A DNA stretch of 64,000 nucleotides from a virus. Taxonomy: Duplodnaviria; Heunggongvirae; Uroviricota; Caudoviricetes. Below are positions 27,687-37,234 of the stretch, piece after piece. The notes below the pieces were generated by a model, which saw only the letters and a program-made list of their open reading frames with translations, ran no database searches and was not told the origin of the DNA. Made by a program: the position numbers and the translations under genes. Location: IMG/VR virus record IMGVR_UViG_3300015615_000629, positions 1-64,000 of that record. One strand, given 5' to 3'. The first letter of the stretch is position 1. Each line of letters starts with the position of its first letter.

Positions 27687-27950
27687 TTAAGTTTGTCTCG
27701 TGGTAATCCATTTGTTTTGTTCTTCGACCGTAACATTGCATTCGTGCATAAGGGCTTCAAATCCGTCACGAATTTGGTCGATAATTTTCAAGTAATTACT
27801 TGAAGGATCGACTGTAGGGTTTGGCGGGTCATTGTAATGGGCACATGGGCAAAGACTTTCATTCATTCTGTTGAGCAAGTCTAAGCCCATTAGAGCGAAT
27901 TGCCGGCAGACTTGCTTTTCTTTAACATTAAACATGGGGAAACCAGACAC
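27687..27950 (-). CDS. hypothetical protein
   Basis: ORF; stop fused to motif. Confidence 0.55.
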   Translation of the reverse strand: MSGFPMFNVKEKQVCRQFALMGLDLLNRMNESLCPCAHYNDPPNPTVDPSSNYLKIIDQIRDGFEALMHECNVTVEEQNKWITTRQT

Positions 27951-28494
27951 AAGGGTGAATCTTTTTGTTTATTTTCACGGCGTTAAAAAACCGATTCCAA
28001 CCATCTTCAAAGGTTTCATGGTGGAAGCCTGAAAGGATTGAAGGCCAATCGGTTAGATTGTGGGATGTATAAGAGTCAGGAAAATCTCCATAACATTCGT
28101 CAACATAATCTTGGTCGGTTTTGACGGATTCGACAAGTTGGTTTGTCGGCACTTCTACGTAGCCGAATTTTTCGTTGCCGTATTCGTCGATATAGAATTG
28201 GATGTTCTTTTCTAGAATATCCTTCGTTTTAGCACAACATTCATCGTAGTGCCGAGTATTTTGGTTATTGTGGGTTGCCCAAAAATCATCAAGAAAATCT
28301 TCGATGTTTGGTTCCAATTCCCAGGCTTCGCCGTCGATAGCCATGTATTGAACCAAGGCACACTGAGCGGGCTTCGGCAATTCCTTAAACTTTAGGACTT
28401 TGCCTTTATTGGCGTCGATGATTTTGGAATTACGAGGGTGCGGCGTATAACTGCCACAATCGTTGTCGAATTGGCCAGGGTAGGTGGTTTTCAT
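27928..28494 (-). CDS. hypothetical protein
   Basis: ATG 9 nt after motif 28504. Confidence 0.7.
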   Translation of the reverse strand: MKTTYPGQFDNDCGSYTPHPRNSKIIDANKGKVLKFKELPKPAQCALVQYMAIDGEAWELEPNIEDFLDDFWATHNNQNTRHYDECCAKTKDILEKNIQFYIDEYGNEKFGYVEVPTNQLVESVKTDQDYVDECYGDFPDSYTSHNLTDWPSILSGFHHETFEDGWNRFFNAVKINKKIHPCVWFPHV

Positions 28495-28511
28495 GGTGTT
28501 TTCGGTACAGG

Positions 28512-28835
28512 TTAATGGTTGTAGAAAATATCCGCCGTCGCCAATTCGCCTAAGATATATTTCACAGTCTCGGTATCGCCATCATGTAACAGGTGTAGGC
28601 AAGCGAACACAATTCTTTGAATTGCATATTGTGTTTCAAACATGCGGCCGACGTTCTCCATTGCCGCGAACAGGTGTTCCATTGAATGATTTGCCCATTT
28701 ATCTAATTCTGACAGATAAAAGGCATCAGGAGCGGGGTTTTCTAGCCTTTCGGGTTTCATATTGAGGCTAGACATGGCGTGCATAATTTCGGATTGCAAA
28801 CCATAATACGGATTTTTATGTTCCATTGGTTTCAT
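28512..28835 (-). CDS. hypothetical protein
   Basis: ORF; start moved to MKPMEH. Confidence 0.6.
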   Translation of the reverse strand: MKPMEHKNPYYGLQSEIMHAMSSLNMKPERLENPAPDAFYLSELDKWANHSMEHLFAAMENVGRMFETQYAIQRIVFACLHLLHDGDTETVKYILGELATADIFYNH

Positions 28836-29217
28836 TTTTGATTTGCTTTCGTCTGATAGGGATACTTTTAAGAATCCACCACCAATCTTTTTGCGGATTG
28901 CCGTGGTGATACCACACAATAAGTTTAGCTAAATCCTTTTTGAGAGCCATCAAATAAGATTGATTTGTTGGCTCGCAGTTGAAACGGATAGAACTTCCGC
29001 CAACTTCTATAGTTTCGCCGATTCTAAAGCCACGGCGGGGGCGAGATTGCCCGATTTGCCATGCTTGGGCCGGCTCGATTACGCCAGTGATTTGCACAAC
29101 ACCACGCCAAGGTCTGGATTTCTTTACTTCGATAAGTTTACCGAAGTAATTGCCGTTACATGCTGTCCATGCTCGGCATTCTTCCCCGACTCGATTTATA
29201 GCGTCTTTGTAAAGCAT
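28816..29217 (-). CDS. hypothetical protein
   Basis: ATG 9 nt after motif 29227. Confidence 0.7.
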   Translation of the reverse strand: MLYKDAINRVGEECRAWTACNGNYFGKLIEVKKSRPWRGVVQITGVIEPAQAWQIGQSRPRRGFRIGETIEVGGSSIRFNCEPTNQSYLMALKKDLAKLIVWYHHGNPQKDWWWILKSIPIRRKQIKNETNGT

Positions 29218-29234
29218 GGCGAATAAGGTACAGA

Positions 29235-29426
29235 TTAAACCTCTCTGCGATAACCTATGTTTATATTATTTGCTCCTTGTTCTACCACTTCTATAAACTT
29301 ACCTTTAAGACCTGAAAAGTGAAAATGAATATATTCTTCATTTGGAGCAAGACTAATCACAAGCCCTGTATCGAGCGTCACATCAACGCCGTGTTCAGTT
29401 GAAACAACTTTAACTATTTTGGGCAT
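29235..29426 (-). CDS. hypothetical protein
   Basis: ORF; stop fused to motif. Confidence 0.55.
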   Translation of the reverse strand: MPKIVKVVSTEHGVDVTLDTGLVISLAPNEEYIHFHFSGLKGKFIEVVEQGANNINIGYRREV

Positions 29427-29907
29427 CTGGATTGAATCCTGTAATCATCACAAAGCCTTGGCCTGCCATTTGGTCTGCCATAGGGCCTGTAATTCCCATT
29501 CGGGCTGGCGTAATAATGTCCCAAAAGCCTAAAACTTGGCCTACGGCAAAAAGTTTGAAAGCCATCCCTTGGTCGCCAACTTCGGCTCCGACCTCGATAT
29601 AAGAGGGTCCGCCTTTTAGGCGTTCTGGATTAGGATATTCATTTAGAATATCAATTAAATCTTGTCGTCTTTCATTTGCCTTATCTTTATCGACTCCCAC
29701 AACGATAAAATGGCAATCGACTTTAACAAGATTATCTGTTGCGTCGGTAACGGATGGCATCATGTAGAAACTCGCCACCCCGCCCGGCAATTCCCTGTCT
29801 CCGCGTTTGATTGCTTCCACAAGTTGGGGGTCGCCCTCAATCTCCGCTCCCTTGCGAAATTGAGCGGAGCATTCGTTAAGAATCGTGTAAAGACGTTCGA
29901 TTTGCAC
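29410..29907 (-). CDS. conserved hypothetical protein
   Basis: GPSYIEVGA..GDQG.A..LFA.G..LG.W pattern. Confidence 0.75.
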   Translation of the reverse strand: MQIERLYTILNECSAQFRKGAEIEGDPQLVEAIKRGDRELPGGVASFYMMPSVTDATDNLVKVDCHFIVVGVDKDKANERRQDLIDILNEYPNPERLKGGPSYIEVGAEVGDQGMAFKLFAVGQVLGFWDIITPARMGITGPMADQMAGQGFVMITGFNPDAQNS

Positions 29908-30070
29908 GGTTTATTCCTGTGCTATTCTGATGAAGAAAATTGTAAAAGCAACTGTCCCGACTGCAATCGGTATCATAGTTGGCCAAACTATATTGTAATT
30001 GAGAAATACGATGGCAGTGGCGAAACTGACACAGGACAAAAGGCTAATGGCTATAGTAATTTTTGACATG

Positions 30071-30298
30071 TTATGGCCTGTGCGGGCCTGAGATTACGCC
30101 GTTTTTGGGAATTCTTATCTTTCTGATTTCGACTTGGCCTATAGTTTCAAGATAACTATTACCAAAGTTTTCCAGTGCCGATTTTTTGGCTTTGTCGCGG
30201 CTGGTTGCCACAACGATATACATTGATTGAAAGTTTTTATCGCCGTAACCATCCGCTAAGAAATTGATGATTACTTTATAGATGTTATTGAGCGGCAT
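30071..30298 (-). CDS. hypothetical protein
   Basis: ORF. Confidence 0.55.
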   Translation of the reverse strand: MPLNNIYKVIINFLADGYGDKNFQSMYIVVATSRDKAKKSALENFGNSYLETIGQVEIRKIRIPKNGVISGPHRP

Positions 30299-30521
30299 GA
30301 TAGATTCTCTTTAGTTGAATCGTTCCGCCCGAACATCCTACAAATTCAACCCTATAAACAGAGCGGTAGGGGAATTGAATATAGGTTAGCGTACCGAAGA
30401 TTGGCGTTTTATGCACAACAATTTCCTTTGGTACTGTCGTGCATTCGATTTGAATGCGATTTGAGCGTGCCTTGGCTTGAATCGGCAATAACAGCAAAAT
30501 TAAGATAAAAATGGTTTTCAT
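30285..30521 (-). CDS. small secreted protein
   Basis: MKTIFILILLLLPIQAKA signal peptide. Confidence 0.6.
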   Translation of the reverse strand: MKTIFILILLLLPIQAKARSNRIQIECTTVPKEIVVHKTPIFGTLTYIQFPYRSVYRVEFVGCSGGTIQLKRIYHAAQ

Positions 30522-30739
30522 TGGGTTGTATCGAAAGTTTCTAGTTCGTCCTCTTGAAAGTCCATGTTTGCTTGTTGTACTTCGGCCTGTAATTCGGTAC
30601 AGATTACCTCACACTCTTCGGCAAGACGAGAAAACGCCTCTTTATCGCCTTTTTCCCAAGCGACATGGAGTTTAGCCGATATGCTCGTCACGGCGATTGC
30701 GGCGTCAAGCATCTTTTTGCAAATTGTCGGAGCAATCAT
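30518..30739 (-). CDS. hypothetical protein
   Basis: ATGA-coupled ORF. Confidence 0.6.
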   Translation of the reverse strand: MIAPTICKKMLDAAIAVTSISAKLHVAWEKGDKEAFSRLAEECEVICTELQAEVQQANMDFQEDELETFDTTQ

Positions 30740-30801
30740 CGAATGACCACTTTAGCACTATTTTTCTCTGCGTAACCTACATAATTAGCATGAAATTAAA
30801 C

Positions 30802-30894
30802 GGACCCCGACGGGACTCGAACCCGCATTACTTGTTTTTCACAAGCAACCCGAAGATTTAGAATCTTGGACCTTACCAATTAGGCTACGGGGTC
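30802..30894 (-). tRNA. amber suppressor tRNA (CUA) with long variable arm
   Basis: GACCCCG/CGGGGTC acceptor, D arm with GG, TT-CTA-AA loop, 9-bp variable stem, GCGGG-TTCGAGT-CCCGT T arm. Confidence 0.8.
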
Positions 30895-31271
30895 AAAGTT
30901 TTTTCCTTTTCTTCTCTCTTGATTTCTTCAATAATTTCTTTCACAATTTTATCTTTATCGTATTCAGTTTTTAATTTCTCCCTAACTGTCTCGTCTTTGA
31001 TTCGTTTAAGTGCTTCCCCCAAAGCAGTATCGGCAGCCTCGGCATCATCTAGAGTTACATATAAAATACTTAATTCGCTTATAAAATTCACCAAAGCGAA
31101 GTTGTATTTTCTAACGTCACAATAATGATTTCCGATAAGTTTTTCGAGAAAAGCCGCCTGTCGATAAAGATATTCTCCCTCACGCTTTCTGTCGTCTCTG
31201 TTATATCTCCAAATACTTGCTGTTTGTAGCAAATTATTCTTTAATTTGACAATTTCTTCAAGAGGAAGCAT
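30885..31271 (-). CDS. hypothetical protein
   Basis: Start moved to ATG 31271 (the longer start lies inside a terminator); its TAG stop lies inside the tRNA gene. Confidence 0.6.
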   Translation of the reverse strand: MLPLEEIVKLKNNLLQTASIWRYNRDDRKREGEYLYRQAAFLEKLIGNHYCDVRKYNFALVNFISELSILYVTLDDAEAADTALGEALKRIKDETVREKLKTEYDKDKIVKEIIEEIKREEKEKTLTP

Positions 31272-31283
31272 TGCGTTTATCCT

Positions 31284-31326
31284 AAAAAATATCCCTAGCC
31301 CCTTAGACAATCTAAGGGGCTAGGGA
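31284..31326 (-). terminator. intrinsic terminator
   Basis: TCCCTAGCCCCTTAGA/TCTAAGGGGCTAGGGA stem plus U-tract. Confidence 0.8.
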
Positions 31327-31332
31327 ATTTAA

Positions 31333-31968
31333 TTACGCTGCGTTGGACAACTCGATTTGCTCAAGTCCATCCCGCAGGATATCGACGAGAGCCATCATAG
31401 CCTCGTCTTTGCTATCCTTCAAGCGGCACGCAATCTCTTCGGCCAGATCGGTATCGAAGAAAAGGTGAATATTCCCGTTGAAGTGGGACACAACGGCGGA
31501 TTCGTGGTTGAGACCTTTGCCGTACTTCGCAGCCCGCAACATGCTACCGAGGGTAGGTGAAGCGGTCTTGATTTCAAGGCAAAACTTCTCCACGACTTCC
31601 GGCACCATTGGCACGGAAAAATCCTGAAACATTCGCGTAACGAAAAACTGCCAATGATCTTCGCAGATTTCGATACGGTGTGCAAGACTCCCGAGGCAGG
31701 TATCCTCGTTGCCGTAGGATTCCCAATCGCGGATTGTTGCGGCAAATTCATCGGCCAAAGCACGCTGCATAAACAGGTGAGAATGACCTTGAAAATGGCT
31801 CACAACGAAACCGTTGCGATAGGGCTTCTCGGAAGCCAGCAGGTCAATCGCTTCGGCCAAATCGCCGGCACAATTGAGCTGTTCGAGCTTCTCGACAACT
31901 TGGCGGCTCACAACAAGGGACAGGTCATCGCCTGGACGCATCGCGGCCAGATTAAAGATAGGGGGCAT
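31333..31968 (-). CDS. hypothetical protein with internal duplication
   Basis: GGAGG SD; VVSHFQGHSHLF and VVSHFNGNIHLF repeat units. Confidence 0.75.
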   Translation of the reverse strand: MPPIFNLAAMRPGDDLSLVVSRQVVEKLEQLNCAGDLAEAIDLLASEKPYRNGFVVSHFQGHSHLFMQRALADEFAATIRDWESYGNEDTCLGSLAHRIEICEDHWQFFVTRMFQDFSVPMVPEVVEKFCLEIKTASPTLGSMLRAAKYGKGLNHESAVVSHFNGNIHLFFDTDLAEEIACRLKDSKDEAMMALVDILRDGLEQIELSNAA

Positions 31969-32190
31969 TGTTCCTCCATTGAAACAAAAACAAGGACAGT
32001 GTATAGGTCATACAGGAGCCTATACGGGAATGCGAGTTACGGTACAGGTTTGGTTTGAAGCAGTTTTGTGGCCAACTTAGGCCCTATTTTGACAACTTTT
32101 GATTTAACTTTGGGTTTCTTTGCCCATTTGCCCGCTTTCATGGCTTTTACCATTTTCTCGACGCTCAGCATGTTAATTCTCTGGTACAGG

Positions 32191-32409
32191 TTAGAATTCT
32201 GCCTTGTCCCATTGGCTTAGGCCAATCGATCCAGGTAAAACACGAACCTCTGGCGGTGTGTGCGACATCTTTGTAAAGAGTTCATTTGAGTCTGGCTTAA
32301 TATTCAAACTCAAACCCATAGGTTGCACAACAATTGATGCCCTACTCACAGAGTTTGTTATAATTACTGAGCCATCGGGTAAAGATTTAATCTCAAGCAT
32401 TTTTGGCAT
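32191..32409 (-). CDS. hypothetical protein
   Basis: ORF; stop fused to motif 32183. Confidence 0.55.
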   Translation of the reverse strand: MPKMLEIKSLPDGSVIITNSVSRASIVVQPMGLSLNIKPDSNELFTKMSHTPPEVRVLPGSIGLSQWDKAEF

Positions 32410-32560
32410 CCAAATAATCAGAAAGTTCTTTACCTTCTAAAAGTGTCAGGGATGCTATTTTATCTCCAATCTCCCTGATATGGTCTGAAAAATCGCTAGA
32501 CGCTGCCGTTCCTTTTCCGTTATGCGGAGGTGGCGGGGCCATCACAACTTGAGTTTCCAC
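32393..32560 (-). CDS. ribosomal protein bL12 (L7/L12) N-terminal-domain-like small protein
   Basis: GTG 9 nt after motif 32570; 55 aa ending ...FSDHIREIGDKIASLTLLEGKKLSDYLDAKNA. Confidence 0.65.
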   Translation of the reverse strand: METQVVMAPPPPHNGKGTAASSDFSDHIREIGDKIASLTLLEGKELSDYLDAKNA

Positions 32561-32838
32561 TAGTTCTCCGGTACAGATTCGGCCTGTCGTATTTTCTTAT
32601 CCAGAATAATCATAGATTCGGTAGTTGCGTTGCCAAGTGTTTTGTAGTGCATTACACAATGGCAAATATCGGTAGAAAAAGTGGCTTCAAATTCAATCCA
32701 TAAATTTTGAGTATCTCCCCATGTTCCAATAACTTTAGCCCCTGGCGGTAGTTTATCTGCGAAATAACTTGGAGACAACTTATCGGCCGGAACAGCACAA
32801 CCCGCCAACAATACACAAAACAACAACAATTTACGCAT
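32560..32838 (-). CDS. lipoprotein
   Basis: LLAGC lipobox. Confidence 0.7.
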   Translation of the reverse strand: MRKLLLFCVLLAGCAVPADKLSPSYFADKLPPGAKVIGTWGDTQNLWIEFEATFSTDICHCVMHYKTLGNATTESMIILDKKIRQAESVPEN

Positions 32839-33460
32839 TGTTTAATCCAAGTTTCTTGATTTCACGAGAGTTAAGTTGACGTTTGCCCGACGCTACAACG
32901 CTTTTACCATAAGGGATTTGGTAAGTGTTATAGAAGTATTTCTTGAAAAATTCGTCAAATTGACCACGTTTGCTGGCCTTGAATTCCGTAAAGGTCAATT
33001 CGTACCAAACACCATCCATCTTCCAATAAGGCGTGAATTCAACCTTTTGGAATTTGTATTTCTTTTTGTCTTTGAGTTGGTGCAAAATTCCGTTAAGAAC
33101 GTAGAATTCGGGATAACACAGAGCACGGCCAGCGGGATCGACGATCCGTTTCCCTTCACGGCGGCAATCAAGGGTCACAAAATATTCAACGTGCAAACGA
33201 AGATGATAGCCCCTTAAAGTGTGGAGGCTATTGTTGGCACAGATTTCGGAGTAAACCTTATCCCAAGGACGACCAACATTTTTGCTCAGAGCCCGCCGAA
33301 GTGGAGCCAAACGGTCATCTTGCGATTTTCGTTCGGCATCGCCCTTTGGGCGAATGGATACCTTTGTGGGCGAATCTTCATCGAAGTGACGATTCTTGGG
33401 GAAAACGTCAGCCCCTTTGCGGGTCACATCAATGATGATATCTTTCATGTCGGAACGCAT
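32831..33460 (-). CDS. conserved hypothetical protein
   Basis: LAPLRRAL..NVGRPWDKVYSEI motif; GAAGGAG SD. Confidence 0.75.
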   Translation of the reverse strand: MRSDMKDIIIDVTRKGADVFPKNRHFDEDSPTKVSIRPKGDAERKSQDDRLAPLRRALSKNVGRPWDKVYSEICANNSLHTLRGYHLRLHVEYFVTLDCRREGKRIVDPAGRALCYPEFYVLNGILHQLKDKKKYKFQKVEFTPYWKMDGVWYELTFTEFKASKRGQFDEFFKKYFYNTYQIPYGKSVVASGKRQLNSREIKKLGLNNA

Positions 33461-33617
33461 ACTTTTTCTCCTTCTGCCGACTCACGGTACAGATAAAGCA
33501 GAGCGTTTCTGAGACGAAAAAAGTTAATTTTATTTAATATCAGCAATCTTAAAACAATATAAATTTACAGTCGTTCTTGTCCCAGGCTTGGTTTGTGCCT
33601 GCACAACTTAATTTTAT

Positions 33618-34034
33618 TTAAACTTTGGCTTGGGACTGTGGGACAAAAAAGTTGCTATCGTGAAAAATATCTGATTTATGCCTGCACAAAACCTCCCCTT
33701 TAAGAGCATGGTCTTTCCAAAGATTGTAATAAGTTGTAATAAAAGACCTACTAAATTTAGTTGTCCAGAACAAGTCGATAGATGCCAATAATGAATTTTC
33801 TTCATTCCAATGTGGATCAAGTTCTTTTCCTAAGCAAATGTCGCCATTTTCGGTAATATTTGGAAAAAGTATGTACTTTTCTTCTTCGCCAACCAACGCA
33901 AAAACTCTAACATTGAATATATTATCCCTATTCTTAAAACCATAGAATTTTAATGAGGGAAAATTAATTACAAAAATGTCGCCATAAACTGACACAATAG
34001 TTCTGGTTTGGGGTGGGAATTTTTTAGTAACCAT
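33618..34034 (-). CDS. prokaryotic E2-like (family D-like) protein, paralog 1
   Basis: PPQTRT...FPNITENGDICLG...FWTTKF. Confidence 0.6.
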   Translation of the reverse strand: MVTKKFPPQTRTIVSVYGDIFVINFPSLKFYGFKNRDNIFNVRVFALVGEEEKYILFPNITENGDICLGKELDPHWNEENSLLASIDLFWTTKFSRSFITTYYNLWKDHALKGEVLCRHKSDIFHDSNFFVPQSQAKV

Positions 34035-34715
34035 TTATGGTTCTACCGTAAAAGTTTGCAATTCACCCAAGCAAATAAAGCGGGTTTTGGGCTTGTCGTG
34101 ATAGCCCTCTTCTTTGCTATCTGGATTGTAAATCTCCCCAGGTGGCAAGACCAATTCACTTCGGTTCTTATGATGATGCCCGAAAATCCATAAATCGGGC
34201 TGATGATAATTGAAACATTCTTGTAACAATTGGCCGGTGGCCGTAACGGTATCCCTCTCGTGATCGAAAAATACGAGCGTATCAGTGCCGAACAACGTCC
34301 GCACAACTTCTAGCGGAGCATCGTGAGTAACCATAATTTTAGGTTTTGCGGCCCGATAGGCTTCAAGTGCCTCCTGTTGTTGAACATAATTAAGTTCCTC
34401 TTCGGGGAACCAATCAATTTTGAACCGTCGCCATTTACGGTCAATCGACCAAGCACCACGGATGAAAAAGAATTCAACGCCGTTGATGGTTTGGGTGCCA
34501 AAGTCCCCAAGATTGTTGGGGCATTCACCGATAATTTCGTAATTATCGTGGTTGCCACCAAAAAAGCGATGATTCAGACTGATGTCGTTAAAAACATCAT
34601 AGGCGAATGAGAAATCGCCAATCTGTACGGAGTAGTCGCATTGCTCGACGACGCTGCGATAACTCTTGTATCGCCCATGCACATCGCCAATGAAAGTGAG
34701 TTTAGAGGGAGTCAT
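34035..34715 (-). CDS. calcineurin-like metallophosphoesterase
   Basis: GDVHG, GD, GNHD, TH, GHHH motifs. Confidence 0.9.
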   Translation of the reverse strand: MTPSKLTFIGDVHGRYKSYRSVVEQCDYSVQIGDFSFAYDVFNDISLNHRFFGGNHDNYEIIGECPNNLGDFGTQTINGVEFFFIRGAWSIDRKWRRFKIDWFPEEELNYVQQQEALEAYRAAKPKIMVTHDAPLEVVRTLFGTDTLVFFDHERDTVTATGQLLQECFNYHQPDLWIFGHHHKNRSELVLPPGEIYNPDSKEEGYHDKPKTRFICLGELQTFTVEP

Positions 34716-34733
34716 AGGGCTTTCAGGTACAGG

Positions 34734-35132
34734 TTAAAAGGTTAGTTTACCTTGCGGAATTTCGCCAGCAAATATAGAGTTCCAAAACCTATCAATTGAT
34801 TCTAAGGCTATTGCTTGTGGGTCTTTTCCATAAAAGTAAACCGGCCCTAAACAAACAATTCCAGTAAATGCGTCCACATTAGGAAGAAAAGGTGCTCGCC
34901 AAAGAAAAAAGTATTTTCTAAAAAGGACACAAAAGCGTTCCATTTCATAATTATCTTTTATCTTCTTAAGATAAATATCAAATTTTATCGACGGAAACTG
35001 GACATATCTTGTTCTATTATCATATAAACTATCCAAATATAAAACCGTTCGCTTCTTAGGCGGACATATTACAGACAATACATATCTATTTTTGTAGGGC
35101 GGGGAGCACCTTTTTAATTTCTTAAACTTCAT
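34734..35132 (-). CDS. prokaryotic E2-like protein, paralog 2
   Basis: PPKKRT...LPNVDAFTGIVCLG...FWNSIF. Confidence 0.6.
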   Translation of the reverse strand: MKFKKLKRCSPPYKNRYVLSVICPPKKRTVLYLDSLYDNRTRYVQFPSIKFDIYLKKIKDNYEMERFCVLFRKYFFLWRAPFLPNVDAFTGIVCLGPVYFYGKDPQAIALESIDRFWNSIFAGEIPQGKLTF

Positions 35133-35254
35133 GGTATCCTGCCGGCCGTTAAATAACTTATAACATAATCCATATCATGCGAGCCAGCAAACTCAAATCT
35201 TGAAGTCCAAAAGTGCTCAATAACCAATTACTTCGATAAATGTAAGTCCCTTTC

Positions 35255-35929
35255 TCATTTAATTTTCCTCAGAAAATCCCGAACAAATTTTTCCGAACGG
35301 GTTAAAACTTGTTCAACAGCGGCGTCGTCAAACGATTCTCTAATAACTCTTTTAACCGTTCCCAAGGTTTTCTTTACAGAATCCTTGTTCAGGAAATCAT
35401 TTACAAAATCAGGAACCTCTTTGGGCTGGGGAGACAAATGCTCGATAGAAACACCCAAATCAAGTAAGGCATATCTCGCGGCGTCGTTCATGCTCTCTAC
35501 TATAATCACACGAGAATTAAGCATCCAATGCTTCCTAGTTTGGGCGTAACCATCTTGGCCTGCAATCTTGATATTGTTGGTTTGGAGAATCAGAAGAACT
35601 TGTTCGTAAACATCCGGCGAGGTTTGAATTTTATACTTTTCCGTAATAGTTGGTTCATCTACATTGAAAATGGAAACCATACCAGAGCGAGTTTCCACCA
35701 CAATACGATCCAAACTTTGGCGTGCTGCCAATTCGGCAACATCACGCTGATTGCCGCGAAGTGAAGCGATGATTTCTGCTTCGCTCATATCGTCGATAGA
35801 TTCAACAGTCCCGCCACCTTGAACCAATTCCCTCAACTTAATGGAGTATTGGTTGATTCGACGAGCAATAAGGATTTCTTTTGCCTCTTGAAGGGAAATA
35901 ACACCAACCTTAGAAGTTTTCATTTTCAC
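35255..35929 (-). CDS. hypothetical protein
   Basis: 224-aa ORF. Confidence 0.7.
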   Translation of the reverse strand: MKMKTSKVGVISLQEAKEILIARRINQYSIKLRELVQGGGTVESIDDMSEAEIIASLRGNQRDVAELAARQSLDRIVVETRSGMVSIFNVDEPTITEKYKIQTSPDVYEQVLLILQTNNIKIAGQDGYAQTRKHWMLNSRVIIVESMNDAARYALLDLGVSIEHLSPQPKEVPDFVNDFLNKDSVKKTLGTVKRVIRESFDDAAVEQVLTRSEKFVRDFLRKIK

Positions 35930-36725
35930 ATTCCTCTTTGAACCAGGATTCGTTTTGGATAGACGCTATTGCTTCAAAAGTTTTAACTTTTAGTTCTTGT
36001 GGTTTGATATGAGTCGGAAGGCTATCGCCAAAATGCCTGCCACAGGCCGAACAAAGGAAAACCGCAATTTCTCTTAAAGAATAGCCTTCTTCTCTTAAGA
36101 CACCTTCAATAAAACGGTCGTGAATATACATCCTATCGGAATTGCCAATATAACCGTGGCAACCACCAGAATTAATATAATTTTGCAGATATTTGTCAGC
36201 ATAAAGTTCATCAGACAGTCGGCCTTGATATTCGTTAAAATCTGCGTGCCAGTCGGGGATTACATAACCATCCAATTCCCTTAGTCTGTTTTCTAGTTTT
36301 TCTCTTTCTTCCCGCAATTCTTTGTCTAATCCGATTTCTTCCAAGTCGTCTCTATCTTGCCAGCCCATTTTGAGATAATTATCTACAAGAAGCACGTAAT
36401 CGGGGCGTCTTTCATTGCGAAGATTACCCCAATTTGGATTCGGTAGGGAATTCAAGTGCATTTTATAAAAAGTTTCGTCTGCTTCGAGATAAACAGTGCA
36501 TTTGTATTTGTTTTCAATAACTTCTGCGATTTTTTCTCCATTCAAGAATGGAAATTTCTCAGATTGAATAACATAACCTGGAAACACAGGAAAATCGGGC
36601 TCGCAATCGATACCGAGCATCGTATCTTCTGACGAGCAAGCCGCAAAACAACTATGAATTTGTTTGTTGATTCTCATTGTCGAATTTCGTAATGTCTTCG
36701 TAAATCTCGAAATGATTAGTGTCAC
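35910..36725 (-). CDS. hypothetical protein
   Basis: Long ORF; exact start uncertain. Confidence 0.65.
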   Translation of the reverse strand: MTLIISRFTKTLRNSTMRINKQIHSCFAACSSEDTMLGIDCEPDFPVFPGYVIQSEKFPFLNGEKIAEVIENKYKCTVYLEADETFYKMHLNSLPNPNWGNLRNERRPDYVLLVDNYLKMGWQDRDDLEEIGLDKELREEREKLENRLRELDGYVIPDWHADFNEYQGRLSDELYADKYLQNYINSGGCHGYIGNSDRMYIHDRFIEGVLREEGYSLREIAVFLCSACGRHFGDSLPTHIKPQELKVKTFEAIASIQNESWFKEECENENF

Positions 36726-37200
36726 GATTTAAGTTATACGGTCGGCCCTCCTCGCCCTCGACATAAATCAACCAATGATTATCAGACATACTATTTCCAT
36801 GAAAAGCAATTGCTTCGGCATCGCTTTTTTCAATATAATCAGCCCATGTTTTTAGGTGACAGGCATGGGCCGGTACTGGGAACCTTTCAGCAAATTCTCG
36901 TAAATGGCCAGCGAATTTGGAGAAGTTTTCTTGGCGAATCATAGCCGCATCCATAGTGGAAAAAAGCACAATTCGTTCAAAAAATGGCAAATCTTGACGT
37001 TTCCATAGTTGCCATAGCACACAGCCTTTTGGGTCTCTCATAACAGAGGTCATCCAAGAATCATATTCGATATCTGGATTCTTAAGATAAGTGTCGTAAA
37101 GAGCCGTCCAGATACGGGCGGCCCCAAACCAAGAATTGCGGAACGAAATGACGGAATCCGCTAAACCGTCTCGGAATTCAATGATGCTGCAAGTGCTCAT
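36652..37200 (-). CDS. hypothetical protein (leaderless, sigma-70 promoter)
   Basis: ATG 37200 lies 6 nt after TATAAT. Confidence 0.7.
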   Translation of the reverse strand: MSTCSIIEFRDGLADSVISFRNSWFGAARIWTALYDTYLKNPDIEYDSWMTSVMRDPKGCVLWQLWKRQDLPFFERIVLFSTMDAAMIRQENFSKFAGHLREFAERFPVPAHACHLKTWADYIEKSDAEAIAFHGNSMSDNHWLIYVEGEEGRPYNLNRDTNHFEIYEDITKFDNENQQTNS

Positions 37201-37206
37201 GCCTCG

Positions 37207-37234
37207 ATTATAGCACAATGGCTAGAATTGCCAA
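37207..37234 (-). promoter_or_regulatory. host sigma-70 promoter
   Basis: TTGGCA-16 nt-TATAAT with TG extension. Confidence 0.6.

Noticed and set aside
107-34734. Motif as integron attC sites or CRISPR repeats
   Set aside because: TAAC often overlaps stop codons as in cassettes, but there is no inverse-core/core palindrome or GTTRRRY partner, the motif is only 9-11 nt and irregularly spaced, and no integrase or cas gene is visible.
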